From an uncultured Saccharospirillaceae bacterium (GTDB taxonomy: Bacteria > Pseudomonadota > Gammaproteobacteria > Pseudomonadales > Oceanobacteraceae), in the NCBI GenBank assembly GCA_947499545.1, contig CANMOZ010000010.1:52775-116774 (forward strand): a stretch of 64,000 nt of DNA, read 5' to 3'. Each line of letters begins with the position of its first letter. Position 1 is the first letter of the stretch. The translations under genes and the position numbers were made by a program. Positions 10,270 through 20,441 of the stretch are shown in pieces. Below the pieces are notes generated by a model that worked only from the letters and a program-made list of their open reading frames with translations, was not told where the DNA came from and did no database searches.

Positions 10270-10812
10270 CTAATGCGTGTAGTAAAAAGTCTCCCCAACC
10301 ACATCGGCATTATGAACTGGATCCATATCCCGCATCCAAGACTGAGACTTCCCATGTAAATCCCACACCCAATAATCCTTCCAATATTCTGGTATGGTTT
10401 CATCATGGCAACGGAAATACCTTTCCTTTTTGCCAGATCTTCGTTTAGGATCAGGAGCAAAATGCTTACATAAATAAAAAGGTTTCATCCACCAGTAATT
10501 ATCGGGCATACCGATACCTTCCGAGGTCGCTTGCACATACCAGGCTCTTACTTCTTGCTTAGATACTCGATACAAGAAAACATACGTACAATACCTATTG
10601 CCGCTAGAGTGCCACCAACAAGCTTCTACGGGGTATTTAACCAATAAGGTTTCGCCCACAGCCAGTTGGCTAATATCAATGGCAGGTCGTTCACTCCAGG
10701 CTTTTTGATTTTGTTTAGGCGACATCGATTGGCCCAAAAGCCCAATGATGCCGCCTATTCCTACTAAGCCGAACGCCCATAAGGTTAGAATGAGAAATGA
10801 CTTTTTAGTCAT
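10270..10812 (-). CDS. Hypothetical membrane-anchored Trp/Cys-rich protein
   Basis: 180 aa with an N-terminal TM helix (FLILTLWAFGLVGIGGIIGLLG). The start sits 1-2 nt from the gpmI stop, implying translational coupling. No family recognised. Confidence 0.55.
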   Translation of the reverse strand: MTKKSFLILTLWAFGLVGIGGIIGLLGQSMSPKQNQKAWSERPAIDISQLAVGETLLVKYPVEACWWHSSGNRYCTYVFLYRVSKQEVRAWYVQATSEGIGMPDNYWWMKPFYLCKHFAPDPKRRSGKKERYFRCHDETIPEYWKDYWVWDLHGKSQSWMRDMDPVHNADVVGETFYYTH

Positions 10813-10813
10813 G

Positions 10814-12361
10814 TCACTCAGCGGATTGGATTAAACTGCTGCCGGTCATTTCAGCAGGCTTTGGTAATTGCATTAAATCCAATAGCGTCGGAGCAATGTC
10901 ACAAAGAGCCCCATCCGTTTTCAATTGTAGGTTTGTTAGAGAGCCAAAATAGGCTAAAGGAACAGGCCCCGTTGTATGAGACGTCAGAGGTTGCCCTGAG
11001 TCTGGATTCTGCATTTGTTCGCAATTGCCGTGATCAGCGGTGATTAATGCATGCCCTTGCACACTGTCTAGCGCCGCTAGGATTTTTCCTAAGCACTGGT
11101 CTAATGCCTCCACGGCTTTAACAGAAGCATCAAAATTACCGGTATGCCCGACCATATCCCCATTTGCGTAATTACAAACGATTAAATCGAATTGACGTGC
11201 TTGAATGGCTTCCACCAATTTATCCGTCACTTCGAATGCACTCATCTCTGGCTGTAAATCATAGGTTGCCACTTTGGGGGAATCGACCAATATCCGGGTC
11301 TCGCCTTCGAATGGCGTCTCAACGCCTCCATTGAAAAAGAAAGTCACGTGCGCATATTTTTCGGTTTCAGCAATACGCAATTGTGTTTTCCCATGCTGCG
11401 CAACCCACTCGCCTAAGGTGTTTTCAATACTTTCTGGAGGAAATGCACAGGCGGTTTTGATGTCATCCGCGTATTCCGTCATCATGACGAACTGGCTGAG
11501 TTTGGGATTTACGTTGCGTTCAAAGCCATCGAAATCATGACCTATAAAAGCTCGTGTGATTTCTCTAGCACGATCGGGTCGAAAGTTGGCAAAAATCAGT
11601 GCATCGCCCTCTTGGACTTTCGCCACCGCTGCATCGCCCGTTAGGGTCGCTTGCACAAACTCGTCGCTTTCCCCGCGCTCATAAGCCATTTCCAAGCCTT
11701 CTAAAGCGGAGTCCGCCTGGAAAGCACCCTGAGCTTCAGTATAAAGCTGATACGCAGCCTGCACTCGATCCCAACGATTATCACGATCCATCGCATAATA
11801 ACGCCCTACTACGGATGAAATCTGACCGACTCCCAATTCATCTAACAGCTGCTGTAACTGAGTCAAAGAAGCCGCTGCGCTTTTTGGGGGAGTGTCTCGA
11901 CCGTCCAAAATTGCGTGCACAGACAGCGAGGTCACGCCTAAATCAGCAGCCATTTTGCATAGCTCCATGAGGTGCTGCTCATGACTGTGAACACCACCTG
12001 GTGACAGCAAGCCCAGCAAGTGCAGGGTTTTACCTGAACGTACAATGCCTTCTATAGCCGATTTGATGGCCGTGTTTTCACGAAATTGACCGGTTTTAAT
12101 CGCTTGATTAATGCGAGTGTAATTTTGATAGATGATGCGGCCCGCACCAAGGTTCATATGCCCCACTTCAGAGTTGCCCATTTGGCCATCTGGAAGCCCA
12201 ACAGCCGCGCCTGAAGTCGCTAAAGGCACCTGCGGATAGTCTGCTGTAAGTTTGTTCCAAACCGGTGTGTTGGCATTTGAAATGGCATTGTCTGGCGCGG
12301 CTTCTCTTAACCCAAAGCCATCCAAAATGATTAAAGCGGTCGGGGTTCTATCTGGGGTCAT
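10814..12361 (-). CDS. gpmI: 2,3-bisphosphoglycerate-independent phosphoglycerate mutase
   Basis: 515 aa with hallmark iPGM motifs: ALIILDGFG, GNSEVGHMNLGAGR, HLLGLLSPGGVHSH, DGRDTPP, ITADHGN. Confidence 0.97.
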   Translation of the reverse strand: MTPDRTPTALIILDGFGLREAAPDNAISNANTPVWNKLTADYPQVPLATSGAAVGLPDGQMGNSEVGHMNLGAGRIIYQNYTRINQAIKTGQFRENTAIKSAIEGIVRSGKTLHLLGLLSPGGVHSHEQHLMELCKMAADLGVTSLSVHAILDGRDTPPKSAAASLTQLQQLLDELGVGQISSVVGRYYAMDRDNRWDRVQAAYQLYTEAQGAFQADSALEGLEMAYERGESDEFVQATLTGDAAVAKVQEGDALIFANFRPDRAREITRAFIGHDFDGFERNVNPKLSQFVMMTEYADDIKTACAFPPESIENTLGEWVAQHGKTQLRIAETEKYAHVTFFFNGGVETPFEGETRILVDSPKVATYDLQPEMSAFEVTDKLVEAIQARQFDLIVCNYANGDMVGHTGNFDASVKAVEALDQCLGKILAALDSVQGHALITADHGNCEQMQNPDSGQPLTSHTTGPVPLAYFGSLTNLQLKTDGALCDIAPTLLDLMQLPKPAEMTGSSLIQSAE

Positions 12362-12645
12362 GACAACACTCTTAGCTCAATGTCTGGGAAATCGCGCAAA
12401 AAATTGCCTGAAAGATGATGGCTTTTAGCTCAACCTCATAGGCCCTAGTTTACCCAGTAAAGCTCTGAATAGCCACGCGCAGCCAGGCCTTGGCAAACTC
12501 AAACAAAGTAAGCACACACATAAATATGGCGTCATCTATGCCATTCGTACTCCATATCATCACTGGATTTACCCACACCTATTGGGTCCAATAGGCGGAA
12601 CCAGTATACTTAGGCAACTCGAGTAACCATGATGTACAAAGCACA

Positions 12646-13056
12646 ATGGAACAATTAATTGAATTTGCATCCAATCATTGGATTCTTGTCAGCCTATTTG
12701 CAGGCTTATTGATCTTGTTGGCATTAGACTCAAGCGCCAAAAGTGGCACTAAGCTCTCGACAGCTGAAGTGACCAGCAAGGTGAATAACGAGAACGCGGT
12801 ATTGATCGACATCCGTGATGCCAATGAGTTTAAAAGCGGTCATATTACGAATGCCATCAACATTCCTCATTCGCAATTGGGCAACCGGACAGACGAGTTA
12901 AAATCGTACGAAGGTCAACCACTGGTATTGGTCTGCAAAGACGGTCAACGCTCTGGTATGGCTGGCAAAACTCTGCAACAGCAGGGGCTCAAGGTATATC
13001 GCTTAGGTGGCGGCATCCTAGAGTGGACCAATCAAAATTTACCCTTAACCAAATAA
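12646..13056 (+). CDS. yibN: Membrane-anchored rhodanese-domain protein (YibN-like)
   Basis: 136 aa with an N-terminal TM helix plus a rhodanese fold. Alignable to E. coli YibN. Sits upstream of secB as in E. coli. Confidence 0.85.
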   Translation: MEQLIEFASNHWILVSLFAGLLILLALDSSAKSGTKLSTAEVTSKVNNENAVLIDIRDANEFKSGHITNAINIPHSQLGNRTDELKSYEGQPLVLVCKDGQRSGMAGKTLQQQGLKVYRLGGGILEWTNQNLPLTK

Positions 13057-13075
13057 ATCTGAAAAGGACGACGAC

Positions 13076-13540
13076 ATGGCTGAGAACCAGCAAGCTGATC
13101 AACCGCAATTTTCTATTCAGCGTGTATTTTTAAAAGATGCCTCTTTTGAGTCTCCTGGGGCACCAGAAGTGTTCCGTTCACAGTGGCAACCACAGGTGAA
13201 CTTAGACCTAAACACTCGTAGCAAAAAGCTTGATGATGAGTTTTTCGAGGTGATTTTGTCTTTAACTTTAACCGCCACCAATGAAGACAAAACGGCTTTT
13301 CTTGTTGAGGTTCAGCAAGGCGGTATATTCAAAATCAATGGAATGGATGAAACCACTCTGGCACACACGCTAGGTGCTTTCTGCCCTAACATTCTCTTCC
13401 CTTACGCACGTGAAGCCGTTGATAACTTGGTACTCAAAGGCAGCTTCCCTCCGTTAATGCTTGCGCCTGTGAACTTCGAAGCGCTGTATCAACAGTCTTT
13501 GCAAGAGCAAGCTCAAGAAGCCGAAAAAGCGACTCACTGA
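13076..13540 (+). CDS. secB: Protein-export chaperone SecB
   Basis: 154 aa: [16 protein letters not shown]...[10 protein letters not shown]...[18 protein letters not shown]...[13 protein letters not shown], followed by an acidic tail. Diagnostic SecB sequence. Confidence 0.95.
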   Translation: MAENQQADQPQFSIQRVFLKDASFESPGAPEVFRSQWQPQVNLDLNTRSKKLDDEFFEVILSLTLTATNEDKTAFLVEVQQGGIFKINGMDETTLAHTLGAFCPNILFPYAREAVDNLVLKGSFPPLMLAPVNFEALYQQSLQEQAQEAEKATH

Positions 13541-13643
13541 TCGCTTGCCGGTCAACGCTCAGGTGCACCATCAGGTTCTACGGTGCACCTCATTTTACTC
13601 TCGACTTTACGTACTCATTGCCTTTCTGATCTGAAATAGAGCA

Positions 13644-15011
13644 CTAACTGTTCGAAGACTCAACCGCTTTATTTTTGTCTAACCAGCCATTAAGTGTTTC
13701 CACATCATTGGGGTTTAACATGCCCACGGCTTGCTTAAATTTCAGCAAATTCAGCACGTATTCATATCGAGCATTCGCATAAGCACCTTCTGCTTGATAC
13801 AACGACTGTTGAGCATCTAGCACCTCGACAATATTACGCGTCCCAGCTTCGTAACCCGCTTGAGTTGCTTCCAATGCACTCCGCGAAGACACGATGCTTT
13901 GTTTTCGTGCTCGTACGCGTTGAATATCGGAGGTGATGGTACGATACAGCTTACGAACGTTGATCAACACTCGGCGTTGTGTCGCTTCTAATGACATTTC
14001 AGCGGCTTGCGCTTGATAGTACGACTGACGTGAGGCACTTGAAGTAGAACCGCCCGCGTAGATGGGCACCGTTAAATTAATGGCCCAGCCATAATCTTCC
14101 CCATCAGTACGTTCGTAACCATTTGCAGAACCTTTACTGAATTCCGTATCCGTTTGAGAGTAGTTTCCTGATAAAGTGAGTTTCGGGTAATGTCCCGCTT
14201 TTGCTGCTTTGTGACCTGACTCTGCCGCATTGTACTCTTCACCTGCTACTTTCAGGTCCAAGTTGGCATCCAAGGCATTGTCTTCCCACTCACTCTTGGA
14301 ACGCTGAGTGACACCTTCCATCGGTATAATGTCTTGCATCAGGTTTACACGGTCATAGTGCTTACCCGTTAATTGAGTCAACCCTTCAAAGGCAATATCC
14401 AAATCACTTTGTGCAGTGATTAAATCGACTTGAGCACTGTCGTATGTGGCTTGCGTTTCATGCACTTCTGTTACCGCAATAAGGCCGACTTCAAAACGTT
14501 GTTGCGTTTGTTCCAATTGGCGCTGCACAGCCTCTACTCGTGCTTGTACCGCTTGCAAGTTATCGTAGGCGCGCAATACAGCAATATAGGTTTCAGCCGT
14601 TCTTAAAATCAGCGACTGTCGAGACTGCTCCAGCTCCAATTCGCTTTTACGCGCACTGGCCAGAGAGCTTTTGTAACTGTGCCAGGCATTAAAATCAATC
14701 AGAGGCTGTACCGCACTCACTCCCCACTTGGTCGTATCAGTATTGGTATCTGAAGAGGTGTTTGGCTGAACTGGGTGATCCGATAAATCGGAAGAGCCAA
14801 ACCCCTGCGCATAGCTAGCTTCAAAATTCACCTGTGGCTTTAGAGCTGCTTTTCCTTGTTCTGCGGCCTCTTTTCCAGCCTGTGCCGTCGCTGCCTCAGC
14901 GCTGAACTGTGGATCGTTCATCAGGGCATCTTGATACACTTGATCAAGGGTGACTGCCTGAAGATGTAAACTCAAAACCGATAGCCCCGTGGTGAATAAC
15001 AGCTTTCTCAT
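13644..15011 (-). CDS. tolC: Outer-membrane efflux channel TolC
   Basis: 455 aa with a signal peptide and two repeats of the TolC motif. RFEVGLIAVTEVHETQATYDSAQVDLITAQSDLDIAFEGLTQLTG aligns to E. coli RFNVGLVAITDVQNARAQYD.... Confidence 0.93.
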   Translation of the reverse strand: MRKLLFTTGLSVLSLHLQAVTLDQVYQDALMNDPQFSAEAATAQAGKEAAEQGKAALKPQVNFEASYAQGFGSSDLSDHPVQPNTSSDTNTDTTKWGVSAVQPLIDFNAWHSYKSSLASARKSELELEQSRQSLILRTAETYIAVLRAYDNLQAVQARVEAVQRQLEQTQQRFEVGLIAVTEVHETQATYDSAQVDLITAQSDLDIAFEGLTQLTGKHYDRVNLMQDIIPMEGVTQRSKSEWEDNALDANLDLKVAGEEYNAAESGHKAAKAGHYPKLTLSGNYSQTDTEFSKGSANGYERTDGEDYGWAINLTVPIYAGGSTSSASRQSYYQAQAAEMSLEATQRRVLINVRKLYRTITSDIQRVRARKQSIVSSRSALEATQAGYEAGTRNIVEVLDAQQSLYQAEGAYANARYEYVLNLLKFKQAVGMLNPNDVETLNGWLDKNKAVESSNS

Positions 15012-15213
15012 GCTTTATTTCCTAAAAATCGATTTTTTAATAACTGACCAGTGTAAAGTGATTCGCGTTGGGTTAAAAGTGTCGCCATTGTAAGTACCAA
15101 TTAACGCGCAAGTCTTTGTTTTTTCATTCTTCACGATAGGCTTAGGTTTTCTTCGCCAAAATGCTTTACACTTCCTATAGGTTTATCGTTAAGCAAAATG
15201 TCGGTTAGGACCC

Positions 15214-15681
15214 ATGCGCAAAGCATACGTACCCGATTTGCCCAAACTGGCTTTCATCCAGGAGGCCAACTACAACCGGTTGCAACGGCTACTGGCTCTA
15301 GCTGACTGCCACCAAGTTGGGCAATCCGCTCATTTTGCACTGAGCTCAAACGAAACTGAAACAATGGATGTCATGAGTGTACACTGCATTGAAACCTTTC
15401 CATACACCAGCACATTCCAACTCAGTTTGTCTGTTAGTGGCATTACTCATTTGCCTCTGACTGTGCGTTGCTATCATGACGCGAACATGGCGGAAGTGGT
15501 TCAAGTAGAAGGCGCCTGTTTACAGCAATACCTCGGCCGTTACGACTACCCTAATCCCAGAATGTTCCAACCTGATGAAAAGCACCAATTAAATGCCCTA
15601 CTTAGCGAATGGTTAATGCGGTATCAAGTGCCCTGTGAACTCGAAAATGTTCAATTTTTCTCGGCACAGGTCTCAAACTGA
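15214..15681 (+). CDS. yqiB: DUF1249-family protein (YqiB-like)
   Basis: 155 aa directly upstream of cpdA-yqiA-parE, as in the E. coli nudF-yqiB-cpdA-yqiA-parE locus. Assignment rests on synteny. Confidence 0.55.
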   Translation: MRKAYVPDLPKLAFIQEANYNRLQRLLALADCHQVGQSAHFALSSNETETMDVMSVHCIETFPYTSTFQLSLSVSGITHLPLTVRCYHDANMAEVVQVEGACLQQYLGRYDYPNPRMFQPDEKHQLNALLSEWLMRYQVPCELENVQFFSAQVSN

Positions 15682-15772
15682 AAGGTTCATGGGTGGAAGA
15701 TGCTGAGACCTGAGTTATAACTAATTAAATTACCCCCTGAATCTCCTTGCAGGGTTATGTTGTTATTGGATT

Positions 15773-16567
15773 ATGATTGAAGAGTGTCTGCGAGTCGTAC
15801 AGGTAACGGATTGCCACCTTTTTAAGACCCCCGAGGGTAAGCTTCTGGGTATGAATACTCAGGAGAGCCTGGATGCGGTTTTGGCGTTGATTCGTGAAGA
15901 GCACAAAGGTCGTTTTGATTGCTTTCTTGCGACGGGAGACTTATCTCAAGACGGCAGTGTCGAATCTTATCAGCGTCTAAAATCCGATTTGGAGCATTTC
16001 AACAAGCCCCAGTATTGGATTCCTGGTAATCACGATCATCGAGCCAATATGGAAAGCGTCATTGGACAAGACGCGATGCCATCGCTGATTCAGTTCGAAC
16101 ACTGGCAGATTGTACTGCTTGACTCCCAAGTGCCCGGCAAGGTGCACGGTAACCTCACGGACAACCAACTGGCCGTACTGGAAAAAGCCCTGCAAACACC
16201 CCCTCATAAACACACGCTTGTCTGCATGCATCATCAGCCTTGGCCCATGGGAAGCCAATGGCTCGATACGCAAAAAATTCGCAGCTTAGAAAAGTTTAAT
16301 GAGATCATCTCTCAATCAAATCACGTTCAGGCCGTCCTTTGGGGGCATGTGCATCAGGCTTCTGAAGCGGAGCATCACGGTGCACAGTACATCTCCACAC
16401 CCTCTACTTGCGTACAATTCGAACCTCATTCAGAAGATTTCAGCGTTGATACGCTATCACCCGGATATCGTTGGTTAGAGCTGTACCCAGACGGTACGCT
16501 TAAAACCAGCGTTTCTCGGGTTGAAGACATTGAGTTTGAAATCGACTGGAGCATTAAAGGCTACTAA
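15773..16567 (+). CDS. cpdA: 3',5'-cyclic-nucleotide phosphodiesterase CpdA (metallophosphoesterase)
   Basis: Metallophosphoesterase motifs: VQVTDCHL, ATGDLSQDG, GNHDHR, MHHQP, GHVH. Conserved neighbourhood with yqiA and parE. Confidence 0.9.
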   Translation: MIEECLRVVQVTDCHLFKTPEGKLLGMNTQESLDAVLALIREEHKGRFDCFLATGDLSQDGSVESYQRLKSDLEHFNKPQYWIPGNHDHRANMESVIGQDAMPSLIQFEHWQIVLLDSQVPGKVHGNLTDNQLAVLEKALQTPPHKHTLVCMHHQPWPMGSQWLDTQKIRSLEKFNEIISQSNHVQAVLWGHVHQASEAEHHGAQYISTPSTCVQFEPHSEDFSVDTLSPGYRWLELYPDGTLKTSVSRVEDIEFEIDWSIKGY

Positions 16568-16617
16568 TCCTGCCAAAGATCACTCTCGTTGGTGTTGACG
16601 CCGTCACCTAGCTGAGT

Positions 16618-17244
16618 ATGCTAAGGACCAAATCCTTCAATGGCTGGACATTTATGCAGTGCCTCTACATCCATGGCTTTCGCTCAGCGCCCATCTCAAC
16701 CAAAGCCGAGATGACCAGATCCTGGTTTGAAGAGACCTTTGGTCAGGGCAGCTTTCATGCACCCGATGTCAATTGCCCACCCTCTAAGGCCATTCAGCTG
16801 CTTGAAAACGCGTATACACAACACCTTTCCGTTGTGCCAGCGTCAGAGCGCGTTATCATCGGCAGCTCCCTAGGCGGCTTTTACGCAACCCATCTTGCAA
16901 ATCGATTTGAAAGCAGGGCTGTGCTGATTAACCCAGCTTGTTACCCACACCAGCGCCTGCATGAGTTCATTGGAGAGCATGACAATTTTTATACTCAAGA
17001 GAAAATTCGGGTAGACGCTGAATTTCTTGGCCAACTTGAATCGCTTTTCCAGCCAACCTTGCATCATCCTGAACGCTTTTTAGTGCTTTTAGAGACAGGT
17101 GATGAGGTATTAAACTACAAAGAAGCGGCCGAACGCTTCTCTCAGTCGCATTTAATTGTCAAAGGTGGTGGCGACCACAGCTACACCGATTACGCTAAGC
17201 GTTGGCCAAGCATCCAAAACTTTCTTGCGAAACCTTATATTTAA
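16618..17244 (+). CDS. yqiA: Esterase YqiA (alpha/beta hydrolase, UPF0227)
   Basis: LYIHGFRSAP... then a GSSLGG nucleophile elbow. Positioned between cpdA and parE. Confidence 0.85.
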   Translation: MLRTKSFNGWTFMQCLYIHGFRSAPISTKAEMTRSWFEETFGQGSFHAPDVNCPPSKAIQLLENAYTQHLSVVPASERVIIGSSLGGFYATHLANRFESRAVLINPACYPHQRLHEFIGEHDNFYTQEKIRVDAEFLGQLESLFQPTLHHPERFLVLLETGDEVLNYKEAAERFSQSHLIVKGGGDHSYTDYAKRWPSIQNFLAKPYI

Positions 17245-17266
17245 CAAACGAGATTAACGAGCACAC

Positions 17267-19153
17267 ATGAGCAAGACCTACACAGCGGACGCCATTGAGG
17301 TTCTAAGTGGATTAGACCCCGTCAAAAAACGCCCAGGGATGTACACCGAGACCTCACGCCCTAACCATTTGGCTCAAGAAGTCATTGATAACAGCGTGGA
17401 CGAAGCCTTGGCAGGTCACTGTGATCACATTCAAGTGGAATTACACAAAGACGGGTCGCTTTCGGTGTCTGATAATGGCCGTGGTATGCCGACCGATATT
17501 CACCCAGAACATGGCATTAGTGGCGTTGAGTTGATTCTGACGCGTTTACATGCCGGTGGTAAGTTTTCCAATAAAAATTACCAGTTTTCAGGTGGTTTGC
17601 ATGGAGTAGGTGTATCCGTCGTCAACGCGCTTTCGAAAATATTAGAAGTCACCATTAAACGTGACGGACAATTGCATCGCATGGCTTTTCAAGACGGTGA
17701 CAAAGCCGTCGAATTAGAAATTGTCGGTACTTGTAAAAAACGTGAAACCGGCACAACGGTACGCTTTCTTCCCAACGCAAAATATTTTGACAGCGGTAAG
17801 TTCTCCGTCCTGCGTTTAAAGCACGTATTACGTGCAAAAGCGGTCCTTTGTTCGGGTTTAAAAATCGATTTCACCTCTTTCAATGCTGAAGACAACGAGA
17901 GCTGGTATTACGAAGACGGTTTAACCGATTATTTAGTCAGCCACAGCAAAGCTTTTGAGTGTTTACCACCTGAACCTTTTGAAGGCAGCATGGCTGGTGA
18001 AACAGAAGCCGTTGATTGGGCGGTGCAGTGGGTCGTTGAAGGGGAATTGCTTCAAGAAAGTTATGTCAATTTAATTCCGACTGCACAAGGCGGTACCCAT
18101 GTGAACGGTCTGCGCAGTGGTTTATTAGATGCCATGCGGGAATTTTGTGAAATTCGTAATTTGCTTCCTAGAGGCGTTAAAATCGCCCCCGACGATATTT
18201 GGGATCGCTGCTCTTACGTGTTATCAGCAAAATTAGCAGACCCACAATTTTCCGGGCAAACCAAAGAACGACTGTCTTCTCGTGAAGCTTCCGCGTTTGT
18301 TTCAGGTGTTGTCAAAGACGCTTTCAGCTTATGGCTCAATCAGCACACTCAAGAAGGCGAACAAATCGCTGAAATGGTCATCAGCAATGCTCAGCGCAGA
18401 ATGCGAGCCGCCAAAAAAGTCACTCGTAAAAAACTCACTCAGGGCCCTGCTTTGCCAGGCAAGCTGGCCGATTGCTCCAGCACCGATCCTAGCCGCACCG
18501 AATTGTTTTTAGTTGAGGGTGATTCTGCAGGGGGCTCGGCCAAACAAGCACGTGATCGCGAGTTTCAAGCCATCATGCCACTGAGAGGTAAAATTCTGAA
18601 TGCCTGGGAAGTCGACTCTTCTGAAGTATTGGCCTCCCAAGAAATTCACGACATTGCAGTTGCTCTCGGCATTGACCCAGGCGTTTCTGATCTTGAAAAG
18701 CTTCGTTACGGAAAAGTATGTATTCTCGCCGATGCGGATTCAGACGGCTTACACATCGCAACCTTATTATGCGCATTATTTGTAAAACACTTCCGAGCAC
18801 TGGTTGAAAATGGTCACATATACGTAGCCATGCCCCCGCTATATCGTATTGATGTCGGTAAAGACGTTTACTACGCATTAGATGAAGCTGAAAAACAAGG
18901 GGTCCTGGAACGAATTAAAGCAGAAAAGAAAAGAGGTACGCCCAACGTTCAACGTTTTAAGGGCCTTGGTGAAATGAACCCAATGCAACTCCGTGAAACC
19001 ACCATGGACCCGAATACTCGTCGGCTGGTTAGATTAACCATTGACGAAGCAGAAGAAACCTTAAGCATGCTTGACATGATGCTAGCTAAAAAACGTTCAG
19101 GTGATCGCAAAACATGGCTCGAAGATAAAGGGAATTTGATTGAGATAGTTTGA
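17267..19153 (+). CDS. parE: DNA topoisomerase IV subunit B
   Basis: 628 aa with GHKL ATPase motifs (GLDPVKKRPGMYT, VIDNSVDEA, SDNGRGMP, GGLHGVGVSVVNALS), a Toprim domain (EGDSAGGSAKQARDREFQAIMPLRGKILN) and a short ParE-type C-terminus. Confidence 0.97.
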   Translation: MSKTYTADAIEVLSGLDPVKKRPGMYTETSRPNHLAQEVIDNSVDEALAGHCDHIQVELHKDGSLSVSDNGRGMPTDIHPEHGISGVELILTRLHAGGKFSNKNYQFSGGLHGVGVSVVNALSKILEVTIKRDGQLHRMAFQDGDKAVELEIVGTCKKRETGTTVRFLPNAKYFDSGKFSVLRLKHVLRAKAVLCSGLKIDFTSFNAEDNESWYYEDGLTDYLVSHSKAFECLPPEPFEGSMAGETEAVDWAVQWVVEGELLQESYVNLIPTAQGGTHVNGLRSGLLDAMREFCEIRNLLPRGVKIAPDDIWDRCSYVLSAKLADPQFSGQTKERLSSREASAFVSGVVKDAFSLWLNQHTQEGEQIAEMVISNAQRRMRAAKKVTRKKLTQGPALPGKLADCSSTDPSRTELFLVEGDSAGGSAKQARDREFQAIMPLRGKILNAWEVDSSEVLASQEIHDIAVALGIDPGVSDLEKLRYGKVCILADADSDGLHIATLLCALFVKHFRALVENGHIYVAMPPLYRIDVGKDVYYALDEAEKQGVLERIKAEKKRGTPNVQRFKGLGEMNPMQLRETTMDPNTRRLVRLTIDEAEETLSMLDMMLAKKRSGDRKTWLEDKGNLIEIV

Positions 19154-19187
19154 CCATAAATATTATCCATTCTTACAAACTACCAAA

Positions 19188-19228
19188 GAGAATTCCAAGC
19201 GAGATAACGAATCCCGCTTGGAATTCTC
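19188..19228. terminator. Perfect 14-bp inverted repeat between convergent parE and the nitroreductase gene
   Basis: GAGAATTCCAAGCG, a 13-nt loop, then CGCTTGGAATTCTC. The loop is long for a textbook intrinsic terminator. Confidence 0.45.
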
Positions 19229-19230
19229 AA

Positions 19231-19875
19231 TCAGACGTATTGAAATACTTCATCTTTGTTAAATCTGATTTTTTTAAAGCTCGAATATTTGTCTTGTGGA
19301 GAACGATATCCCAGCGTCAAACCTACCGTTGTGGCATAATCAGTATTAGTAAGATTTAAGATATCATCAAAAGCGACCGGATCAATTCCTTCCATTGGGC
19401 AAGCATCAATCTTTAAAAGCGCTGCACTCATTGTTGCGGAACTTAGTGCAATATAAACCTGCCGTGCAGTCCAATCATTTAACTCTTCGCTGGTCATAGA
19501 CGTCACTTTTTGAGTGACAATATCGTAAAACTGCTTTGTGTCACTATCCGTTTGATTTCTCAATTGTTGCATTAGTGCAAAGTAATGATCAATGTACTCT
19601 TTTGACATGGACCTTCTTCTTGCAAACACCAGAACACATGATGCACTCTCTATCTTGATTTTATTATGAGGCGCTGCCTTCCCAAGTTGTTCCTTAACGA
19701 TTTCAGACTCAATATTATAAAATTTCCAAGGCTGAAGCCCAAAAGCAGAAGGAGACAGCCGCATTGACTCCAATATCACTGACAAATCATCCTCATGAAT
19801 GCGTCTATTATTGTCAAATTCTTTAACACCGTATCGCCATTGTAAAGCTTCAATAATTTCATGATGTACTGCCAT
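19231..19875 (-). CDS. NAD(P)H nitroreductase family protein
   Basis: 214 aa with the nitroreductase fold signature (RYGVKEFD...SPSAFGLQPWKF... IDACPMEGIDPVAFDDIL). Confidence 0.8.
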   Translation of the reverse strand: MAVHHEIIEALQWRYGVKEFDNNRRIHEDDLSVILESMRLSPSAFGLQPWKFYNIESEIVKEQLGKAAPHNKIKIESASCVLVFARRRSMSKEYIDHYFALMQQLRNQTDSDTKQFYDIVTQKVTSMTSEELNDWTARQVYIALSSATMSAALLKIDACPMEGIDPVAFDDILNLTNTDYATTVGLTLGYRSPQDKYSSFKKIRFNKDEVFQYV

Positions 19876-19985
19876 TATAAATTCCTCTATTGGTTCATCT
19901 ATCTAACATGAAGCGATGGATTCGAACTTTAGCTAAATCGATTAATATTCATCACACAAAGAAAATTCAATTCTTCTACGCAAGA

Positions 19986-20441
19986 TTAATATGTAGCCTC
20001 TACAACCGAAACGCTATCTACAAATTGCTCAAACGCAACTATTTTTCCATCTTTTATTGTCCAATGATGCGCAACACGTGCTTCAAAGGCTTTCCCTGTT
20101 TTACGATAAACACCTGAATACGTTCCTAGCGCAACAACACTATCGCCACTATATACATAATGCTCGATATTAACTTCATAGTGACTCCACAGCTGCAACA
20201 AACGGCCAAACACACCTTCTTTTACTGATTCTTTTCCAACGTATCTTCCTGCAAGGGGAAATCCGTCTGCTTCAATCCAAACAACATTTTCATGCAAATG
20301 ACTCATAAGATTCTCTGCATTTTCTTTTGAATCTTTGCCTACGTATGTACTTTTAACAATATTTAAGTTTCTATCATGTATGTTCGACATACTACACCCC
20401 GCTATTAATATTGATATTACGATTAAAATCTTTGCTTTCAT
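19986..20441 (-). CDS. NTF2-like/SnoaL-like lipoprotein
   Basis: Lipoprotein signal peptide (MKAKILIVISILIAGCS) followed by a ~130-aa region of NTF2-like size and composition. Low certainty. Confidence 0.45.
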   Translation of the reverse strand: MKAKILIVISILIAGCSMSNIHDRNLNIVKSTYVGKDSKENAENLMSHLHENVVWIEADGFPLAGRYVGKESVKEGVFGRLLQLWSHYEVNIEHYVYSGDSVVALGTYSGVYRKTGKAFEARVAHHWTIKDGKIVAFEQFVDSVSVVEATY

